From a virus (taxonomy: Duplodnaviria; Caudoviricetes), in the IMG/VR virus record IMGVR_UViG_3300042452_000717, positions 1 to 50,940 of that record: a DNA stretch of 50,940 nucleotides; one strand, 5' to 3'. The position numbers and the translations under genes are program-made. Shown in pieces: positions 44,854 to 50,940 of the stretch. Below the pieces are notes generated by a model that was not told the origin of the DNA, ran no database searches, and saw only the letters and a program-made list of their open reading frames with translations. The first letter of the stretch is position 1. Each line of letters opens with the position of its first letter.

Positions 44854-45837
44854 TTAGACGGCCTGCGCCGCCTTGGTCAGAATCAGCGGGCGCGTGGTCT
44901 GCGTGTAGGCAGCCTTCGCCGAAATGTTGGCGACGCGGTTCTTCCACGTAGCCACAAGCACGCCGCCAACGGTCGCGCCTTCTGCTTCTTTCATCGCCGA
45001 CTTGAGCGCAGCCTGTGCTTGGTCGGCTGCGTCCTCGGCGATCTTGAGCGCCTGCTTCGCGTCTCGGTACTTGGCGAACACGATGGGGTCGACCTCGACG
45101 CTTGAGCCCACGACGGCGCGCTTCCACAAGCGGCCAACCTCCTCCGAACTCGTCAAGTGGTCGGGCTCGGGCGGGATGCTCGGCGCAACATGCTCGCGCC
45201 AGAAGCGTTCGCACGTCTCGCGGATCAACAGCCACAAGTCCGCATCGAACTTGATGTAGTACGGGCGCACGTCGTCGCCGCCGAAGTCTGCAACGAGCAA
45301 CCCCTCGTCGAACGGCATCCCGCACTCGCGCAGCACGCCTAGCTGCTGCTGCACCTGGAGCACGTAGTAGATCGGCGGGCCGTCCTTCCACTTCATGCGC
45401 TGGTCGGGGTCGATCCGCTTCACTTCGAGCGGAGCCTCGAACTCTGCGCCATCAGTGACGAAGAAGTCGGGGGTGCAGGAAAGCACGCTGCCGGGGATGC
45501 GCCAGACGACGCGATCGTCGTGCGCAAGGCAACATGCACTACCCACGCGCGCGAGCCGGAGGTTTTCCCACTCCGCCGGCGTGTAGAGGTTCAGCGAGTT
45601 CTCGCCAGCGTAGAAGGTCGCAATCGCGTGCTCGAACACTTGGCCCGCGCGCATCTTGCTCGTCTCCTCGACCTCCTCGCCCTTCTTGTGCGAGTAGACG
45701 CCGAAGGCGGAGCGCCACGGGTTCGCGCCCATCAGTGCGGGCGACTCCGAGGCGCCGATCATGTTGCGGCGCGCTGCGGCCCACTCTGCGGTGGTCTGGA
45801 ACGTCAGCGGTGCGACGGGTGAAAAGGCGGTTTTCAT
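44854..45837 (-). CDS. YqaJ/lambda-exonuclease family recombination nuclease (327 aa)
   Basis: EWAAARRNMIGASE...NPWRS, SCTPDF, PLEVK, YYVLQVQQQL. Confidence 0.9.
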   Translation of the reverse strand: MKTAFSPVAPLTFQTTAEWAAARRNMIGASESPALMGANPWRSAFGVYSHKKGEEVEETSKMRAGQVFEHAIATFYAGENSLNLYTPAEWENLRLARVGSACCLAHDDRVVWRIPGSVLSCTPDFFVTDGAEFEAPLEVKRIDPDQRMKWKDGPPIYYVLQVQQQLGVLRECGMPFDEGLLVADFGGDDVRPYYIKFDADLWLLIRETCERFWREHVAPSIPPEPDHLTSSEEVGRLWKRAVVGSSVEVDPIVFAKYRDAKQALKIAEDAADQAQAALKSAMKEAEGATVGGVLVATWKNRVANISAKAAYTQTTRPLILTKAAQAV

Positions 45838-45839
45838 GG

Positions 45840-46217
45840 CTAGTTCGATTGCTCGATGCGGCGCAGCGTGAACTCGCGCCAAGAGGGAGGGAGTTTGTCG
45901 AGGTTGTGGGCCAGCAAGTCCAGCGGGGCGCGACCGAAAGGCTCGCCGATCATGCGGAACTCAAGGCGCACGCCGGGGAGCGGCTCCAGCATCTCCACTT
46001 CGCAGACGCCGTAGTAGATCGTCCGCTCTCCGCGCTTGGCGTCGGTGTCGAGCATCTGGCGCGCGGCTTTTGAGGCCCCCTGTGCGATGCCGCGCAGTTC
46101 GGCGCGGTCCAGCCCCATCATCACGCCGACAACCTCGTCGAGCGTGTTGTCCGAGCGAATGACGAGGCAGCAAATCGCGTGGATGCGAACGGAGTCGCGG
46201 GTCGTCGTGGTGGTCAT
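45840..46217 (-). CDS. Hypothetical protein (125 aa)
   Basis: First gene downstream of the 46260-46288 promoter-like element. Confidence 0.7.
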   Translation of the reverse strand: MTTTTTRDSVRIHAICCLVIRSDNTLDEVVGVMMGLDRAELRGIAQGASKAARQMLDTDAKRGERTIYYGVCEVEMLEPLPGVRLEFRMIGEPFGRAPLDLLAHNLDKLPPSWREFTLRRIEQSN

Positions 46218-46259
46218 CTTTCGGGTCCTCGAGCGCGTGGGTTAGGTCGCGCTTCGACG

Positions 46260-46294
46260 ATGGTAGCCGCCGGTCAACGCCGAGGGAACGGCAA
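46260..46294 (-). promoter_or_regulatory. Putative leftward promoter TTGCCG-TTCCCT-17-TACCAT
   Basis: Same layout recurs at 50243-50278 upstream of the other leftward operon. Confidence 0.45.
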
Positions 46295-46430
46295 TTCGCC
46301 GAAAACATGGAAGAATGGCGGGGCCGAACTTTGGCGGGCGCGGGGGGAACGAGTGATAGATAGCTGGGCTCGAGGTTCTGAGTCTGGGATTGGTTCTGGG
46401 GTTTGGAGGTTTGGGACGGCCGGCCTGGCT

Positions 46431-46500
46431 GTCCAGGATTTGGACGGGCTGGGTCCACGGTCTGGAAATAGAGGCGCCCCGCGTCGTCCTGAGATTGGAC
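46431..46500. repeat. Cluster of three 15-bp GTCCA-N5-TGGAC-type palindromes
   Basis: GTCCAGGATTTGGAC 46431, GTCCACGGTCTGGAA 46453, GTCCTGAGATTGGAC 46486. Confidence 0.8.
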
Positions 46501-46652
46501 GGGCGGGGCGCGAGTGTCGGGCCGGCGGGGCCGTTAGAAGTTGGCGCAAGGGCCGAGGATTGCGGCGGCGAGCACGATTCCGGCGACGGTCAACGCGAGT
46601 TCAGCAGCGGCGCGTTCGATCCACGGCGGCGGATCTTCGGGGCGGGGGGCGC

Positions 46653-47210
46653 TCATTCGAGCGGCGGCTCGGCGTGGAAATCGCTCGGCGGCGTGGTGGT
46701 GTAGCCGATGGACGCGAGTTGGTCTCCGATGTCCTCAAGCAAGCGAGCTTCGTCGCAATCGTCCTGCGCGAGCCGGTCTGCGATGTCGTTGGCGATTTGG
46801 TAGAGGGCGTCGGCGTGCTCCTCCTCGCTCTCCAGCGTCTCGCGTTCGTTTGCGTCGTAGGCGAGGCGAAGCGCGGCGCGTTGGTGGCGCGCGCAGTCCA
46901 GCGCGAGCGCGACGCTGATAGCCTGCGAGGCGGGCAAGCCGGCGAGTTTGGCGGCGGCGTCCACGGGTCGATTCTCTTCCAGTAGGTAGACGATCTCGCG
47001 GGCGATCCGGTTCGCGTCCACGATCGGAAGGGCGCTGCGCATCGCAGCCTCTTCGCGTTCCCAAGCTGCATCTGTGGGCACTCCGCGATCATCTGTCTCC
47101 TCGTCGTGCTGCGCGTCGATGATGGCGCGGGCGTGCTCGATCTGCGCCTGAGTGCTCGCGCGCTTGTCGGCGTCGATGCTGGCGGGGCTGGTGGTGTGCT
47201 GCGTGTCCAT
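46653..47210 (-). CDS. Acidic helical hypothetical protein (185 aa)
   Basis: ATG at 47210 (MDTQHTTS...); about 40 D/E versus about 16 K/R by hand count. Confidence 0.7.
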   Translation of the reverse strand: MDTQHTTSPASIDADKRASTQAQIEHARAIIDAQHDEETDDRGVPTDAAWEREEAAMRSALPIVDANRIAREIVYLLEENRPVDAAAKLAGLPASQAISVALALDCARHQRAALRLAYDANERETLESEEEHADALYQIANDIADRLAQDDCDEARLLEDIGDQLASIGYTTTPPSDFHAEPPLE

Positions 47211-47254
47211 TGTGTCGGGTGTGGTAGGTAGTTGGTGTTGGTCGGTCGGTCGGT

Positions 47255-48499
47255 TCACACTGCGACGCGCCCCAGGTGGGCGCGAAGCGTTTTCGTCCAG
47301 ATGGGAACGAGTTCGGCGGGGTCGGGAACCACGATCGGCGGGACGCTTGACCAGCCGGCGCGTTCGATGGAGTCGGCTCCGTCTACTGCGTCGCTGCCAA
47401 GCAAGATCGGCCAAAGCTCGACGCCAGCGGCGCGAGCGTTGCGCCATTGGGGCTCCTCGGCGCGCACTGCGCCGTCGCAGATCAGCATCAAGACTCGGCG
47501 CGGCTCGTGGCGCTTCGCAAGCTCGGCGCAAGCGCGGGCGCAGGCCTTCGGCGCGTGCGTGTCGTAGCTGTACCATTCGGGCATCACGTCAAGCTCTGTT
47601 TGCGCGTGCGACTGCGCGTCATTCCAGCCGATCACGTCTCGCCATTGTTCGGGCACTCCAGGCGCGGGCCGCACTTCGCGCGGGTCTCCGTACTGCGACA
47701 GTGCGACTTTGATTCCTGCGCGAGCGAGTGCGCGATATGCAATCGCAGCCGCGCGCTTCGCAGCCTCGCCGCGTCCGAATTGGCGCATTGAGCCGCTAGC
47801 GTCCAGCGCGATAAACACTGCGCAGCCGCGCACGTCCGGCTTGATGCGGCGCGAGAACGCACGATCCAGGTCGAGTCCAAGGGCCGTCGGCGCAATTCGT
47901 GACAGGTCGAGTTCGCCCGCGTCTTGATTGTGCATCTCGCGTCCGCGTCGGCGCTCGCGCAAAGCCTCCGACAGTGCGGCGCGAATCAAGGGTTCACCGC
48001 TGTAGTCGATCGGCCCCTTGAGGGTGCCAGCGGCGAGCGGGTCCACGATTGCGCCGTCAACGTTCACGGGCGGGCTCTGGCCCTCGACGTTCGCGTTGAC
48101 CAGCTGCATAACCTCCGATCCGTCGGCGGGCGCGGTCGGGCTTGCTTGGAACGTCTGGCCGTGGCCGTCGATCTGGCCGACAACGCGAACCGTGGGCGTG
48201 CGTCCCTTCGGGGCGCTGTCCAGGCCGGGAAACTCGGGCAGCTGGAAGGGCCGGCCGTTCTTCGGCTTCTTCCATGTCTTGGGCGATGCTTGCTCGTTCG
48301 TCCACTTCGCCAGACGCTCGGGCTGGTTGATGCGCATTCGCGCGGCGTGGTTCGCAAACTCGGGCTCGCAACCGATCCACGCGAAGGCGCGGGCGTGGTG
48401 CTGCGCCGGCGTCTCGGTCGGATGCTCGCGCTGCGCCTTCTCGTAGAGGTCGGCGAGACGGTAGAGCGTGCGGCGGCGCTGTAGCGGGGTGAGCTTCAC
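47255..48499 (-). CDS. VWA-domain protein, CobT-like partner of the MoxR ATPase (414 aa)
   Basis: GELDLSRI...AFSRR, MIDAS motif VFIALDASGSM, LMLICDG; GTGA overlap with the ATPase. Confidence 0.85.
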   Translation of the reverse strand: MKLTPLQRRRTLYRLADLYEKAQREHPTETPAQHHARAFAWIGCEPEFANHAARMRINQPERLAKWTNEQASPKTWKKPKNGRPFQLPEFPGLDSAPKGRTPTVRVVGQIDGHGQTFQASPTAPADGSEVMQLVNANVEGQSPPVNVDGAIVDPLAAGTLKGPIDYSGEPLIRAALSEALRERRRGREMHNQDAGELDLSRIAPTALGLDLDRAFSRRIKPDVRGCAVFIALDASGSMRQFGRGEAAKRAAAIAYRALARAGIKVALSQYGDPREVRPAPGVPEQWRDVIGWNDAQSHAQTELDVMPEWYSYDTHAPKACARACAELAKRHEPRRVLMLICDGAVRAEEPQWRNARAAGVELWPILLGSDAVDGADSIERAGWSSVPPIVVPDPAELVPIWTKTLRAHLGRVAV

Positions 48500-49938
48500 G
48501 GGGCGCCAACCTTCCAGCCTGCATCGTCGGGCTTGATGATGGTGGCCGCGTTCGTTGCTTGTCCAGGCGTCAGCAAGTTGAGAATGCCGAGGCGCCACGC
48601 GGTCTTGGGCGGGATGGCGTCCACGCCCGCGCGGCCGGCATCGTCTCGGCCGAGCACCATGCGCAGCCATTGGACGCCTAGGCGCGTGCTGGGCGGGATC
48701 GTGAGGTTTCCGCGCAAGTGCTCGCGCCGCAAGTGCGCCAGCGTCTCGGCGAGTTTGCGCGAGCGCGCAGCGTCCAGGCCGGCGCGTTCAAAGAGCGCAG
48801 CCTCTTCGGATTGTGACAGGTAGTCGGCCGCGATCCCTCGGCAACGAGTCAGAAAAGCAGCGTCGATCCGGTGCGACGAATAGCTTCCCGACTCGTCTCG
48901 GAGTCCGTTGCAAGTGCCGATGATTTGAAAGCCGGGCGCGGCCGTGATTGTCTCTCCGGTCTCGGGCAAGTAGAGAGTGCGGCGCGTGGTGTCGGGTTCA
49001 AGCGGCGCGTGAAACAGTGCGGCGAGCAACGGGTCGAGCTTGTCGCACTCGTCCAGTACCAACACTGCGCCGCTCTTCATCGCCAGCGGCAGCGGTCCGT
49101 AGCGGTACTCCAGGCTCGGCGTCGTCTGCGACGGGCGACACGCAAGCGCGCTGTAGGTGATTCCGTCCGCGCAACTGACCAGGACTGCGCGGCGTCCTGC
49201 GCGGGCGCATTCCTGCAAGATCGGATAGGTTTTGCCGCTGCCGCTCGGGCCGCTGACCAGGGCGTGCGAGTGTCGGGCGAGCATCGCTCGAATCTCGGCG
49301 CTCGTGTCGCTCGCGTCATGGTAGAGCGCGTCGGGCGTCGGGATCTCTCCGACGAGTGCGACGGGTCCGCCCTTGGCGCGGGCGTTCACTTCGACCAGGG
49401 CGGCGCGTGCTTCGTCGTACGCTGCGCGGCGGGCGTGAAGCTCCAGGGCTGCGGCGTCGTACTGCGGGCGTGCTTCGACTGCGGCGAGGCGCGAAACTAG
49501 CGGCGTGTCGAGCTCCTCGGCGATGCGGCGAACCTCGTCCGGGTCGATGCTTGCGCGCTGCGGGCCGAGGCGGGCTTGAAGCTCGGCCGCGAGCATATCC
49601 AGGGCGCTCGATGCTGCCGGCGCTGCGACCGGCGCGCTGCGCGGCTGCGGCGTGGTGAGAGGTAGCGTCGGCGTCGCCAGCGGCGCGGCGAACGGTGCGG
49701 GCGCAGGAACGCTCGAACGCTCCTCGCTGGCGCTCGGGTGGACGGGAACGGCGGGCAGTCCGCACGCCTTGTGTGCGTAGACGTTCACGCGCTTGCCGGC
49801 TTTGCTGTGTCCAGGCGGGTAGGTGTAGCCATCGTGGATCGACAAGATGTGCGATCCTTCCGGGTAGGCTCGGCCGCACGTCCAGCATGTGCCGCCGTAC
49901 TTGCTGGCGGTGTACTCGCGGGTTTCGGTGGCGGTCAT
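48496..49938 (-). CDS. MoxR/CobS-like AAA+ ATPase with N-terminal Zn-ribbon (480 aa)
   Basis: Walker A GPSGSGKT, Walker B VLVLDECD, sensor IIGTCN, DAAFLTR, STR; N-terminal SKYGGTCWTCG...HKAC. Confidence 0.9.
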   Translation of the reverse strand: MTATETREYTASKYGGTCWTCGRAYPEGSHILSIHDGYTYPPGHSKAGKRVNVYAHKACGLPAVPVHPSASEERSSVPAPAPFAAPLATPTLPLTTPQPRSAPVAAPAASSALDMLAAELQARLGPQRASIDPDEVRRIAEELDTPLVSRLAAVEARPQYDAAALELHARRAAYDEARAALVEVNARAKGGPVALVGEIPTPDALYHDASDTSAEIRAMLARHSHALVSGPSGSGKTYPILQECARAGRRAVLVSCADGITYSALACRPSQTTPSLEYRYGPLPLAMKSGAVLVLDECDKLDPLLAALFHAPLEPDTTRRTLYLPETGETITAAPGFQIIGTCNGLRDESGSYSSHRIDAAFLTRCRGIAADYLSQSEEAALFERAGLDAARSRKLAETLAHLRREHLRGNLTIPPSTRLGVQWLRMVLGRDDAGRAGVDAIPPKTAWRLGILNLLTPGQATNAATIIKPDDAGWKVGAP

Positions 49939-50171
49939 GCCTGCACACTCCGCCCGGCGAGCGCTGCGGCGTAAACCTCGGCGGCGTTCGACACTCCAGG
50001 AAGCTCCTGGGCAAGCGTCGTTGCGCACACTCGGGAAAGAGTCTTGGCGGGCAAGTGGCGGATCATTCCGCCCATCGCAGCGAAGCGCGAGGCGCGGCGG
50101 CGCATGACACGGCGCGCAATGTTGCTGCGGGCCTGCGCGATCGTGCGCGGCGTGAGAGGTAGCGTGGTCAT
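49935..50171 (-). CDS. Small basic hypothetical protein (78 aa)
   Basis: ATG at 50171 with AAGGA upstream; ATGA overlap with the ATPase. Confidence 0.55.
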   Translation of the reverse strand: MTTLPLTPRTIAQARSNIARRVMRRRASRFAAMGGMIRHLPAKTLSRVCATTLAQELPGVSNAAEVYAAALAGRSVQA

Positions 50172-50242
50172 CGGTTCATCCTTCGGGTGGGTGCGCGCTT
50201 CGCTCCGCCTTGCTCGGTCGGACCGCGTAGCGCGCTGCATCC

Positions 50243-50289
50243 CTTGTAGCGGACTCTTCGGCATAAGGGAACGGGCAATCCGCTACGAT
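50243..50289. promoter_or_regulatory. Putative leftward early promoter (TTCCCT-17-TACAAG) within an inverted repeat, plus a rightward TACGAT
   Basis: Inverted repeat GTAGCGGA (50246-50253) / TCCGCTAC (50279-50286); shares AGGGAAC(G)GGCAAT with 46283. Confidence 0.4.
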
Positions 50290-50704
50290 CTTCGCATCTT
50301 ACTGCGCCCTTACAATTGAAGGGGCTGCGCAAGCCTCGGCGCTCCAACCTCTTGCGAGCACCGTGCGGGCCGTCACTTGACAAGGGCCTGCCAGGGCCGT
50401 CCCTTGCCTTGGGGCTGCGCAGTCGGGATCTTCGCCACGCTGGGCGGGCGGAGCAGCGCTGCCCATACCAGCCAACTGCATGACGTGCCTGGGGCGCGGC
50501 CGCACAACGCTGGGCTTGGATGCGCCGGCCGCTCGGATCGGGGATCGGATCGGACGGTGAGTGAGAGGTAGGTGCGCACTGATGCGCCGGCCGGATCGTG
50601 CGGGTGATCGGTCGGACGGTCGGAACGTCGGACGTGGGGAGGGAGGGGATCAACCGCGCGCCCGCCCGCTCTCCCCACCGCCACGCCGGCCGCCGCCCCA
50701 GGCC

Positions 50705-50801
50705 GTCCAGAATCCGGACGCCGGCCGGCCGCACCGATCGTCCAAGTTCTGGACACTGACGCGCGCGGTAGAGTCCAAGATCTGGAATCCAGAATCTGGA
50801 C
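50705..50801. repeat. Cluster of four 15-bp GTCCA-N5-TGGAC-type palindromes
   Basis: GTCCAGAATCCGGAC 50705, GTCCAAGTTCTGGAC 50740, GTCCAAGATCTGGAA 50773, ATCCAGAATCTGGAC 50787. Confidence 0.85.
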
Positions 50802-50841
50802 TGGCGGGTCGCGCGCGGGACGGGGGTGGGGAGGGGTGGCC

Positions 50842-50940
50842 GGGGGGTTTCGGCGGGGAATGGCGATGGATGATCCCTCATCCCTCCTCACCCGCCTTCC
50901 TCCGCTCTGGGTCCCCGTGGAGCACCTGGGAGTCCCGTTT
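50842..50940 (+). repeat. Terminal direct repeat copy 2 (99 bp)
   Basis: Identical to 1-99. Confidence 0.95.

Larger units (their letters stand above)
1..50841. mobile_element. Complete (circularly assembled) tailed bacteriophage genome, podovirus-like gene set
   Basis: Terminase-portal-scaffold-capsid-adaptor-nozzle-ejection protein order; no tape-measure, sheath or tail-tube cluster recognised; no host housekeeping genes; ends overlap exactly. Confidence 0.93.

Noticed and set aside
47255-49938. CobS/CobT as cobalamin-biosynthesis auxiliary genes
   Set aside because: No CobN or other cob genes; generic MoxR-VWA pairs are common in phages.
50377-50382. Perfect TTGACA -35 box
   Set aside because: No plausible -10 at 16-18 nt spacing.
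46431-50801. Palindrome clusters as CRISPR mini-arrays
   Set aside because: Units are only 15 bp with variable centres and short irregular gaps (at most about 20 bp); no cas genes.
50842-50940. 99-bp terminal repeat as a biological DTR
   Set aside because: The length equals a common assembler k-mer and the copies are exact; it indicates circular assembly, not necessarily the physical ends.
1-50940. Stop-codon reassignment or a specific host assignment
   Set aside because: Genes tile densely under the standard code using TGA, TAG and TAA; high GC and frequent CTCGAG/GAGCTC are not enough to name a host.

Overview
The window looks like a complete, circularly assembled, high-GC tailed phage genome. 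Unique length is about 50,841 bp; positions 1-99 are repeated exactly at 50842-50940, most likely an assembler k-mer overlap. The architecture is podovirus-like. A rightward late block (3540-37402) encodes large terminase, portal, scaffold, major capsid, adaptor, a two-part LamG-decorated tail nozzle, three probable ejection proteins (including a 2713-aa polyvalent protein with ParB-like and HExxH domains), a lipoprotein and an alpha/beta-hydrolase. A leftward early/middle block (50171-37399) encodes a MoxR/CobS-like AAA ATPase plus VWA partner, YqaJ and RecT-like recombination genes, many small ORFs, RusA, a beta-helix lipoprotein and an HNH nuclease. A short leftward replication unit (3274-1523) starts with a YdaU/lambda-O-like initiator containing an iteron-like tract. 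I could not recognise an integrase, CI repressor, DNA polymerase, helicase, endolysin, tRNA or CRISPR array. The two best leads are (1) a 15-bp palindrome, GTCCA-N5-TGGAC, clustered in two intergenic regions and scattered through genes, alongside a ParB-like module in a probable injected protein, and (2) a candidate antisense small RNA overlapping the leader of the replication initiator. All calls come from reading motifs and gene order by eye; no searches were run.
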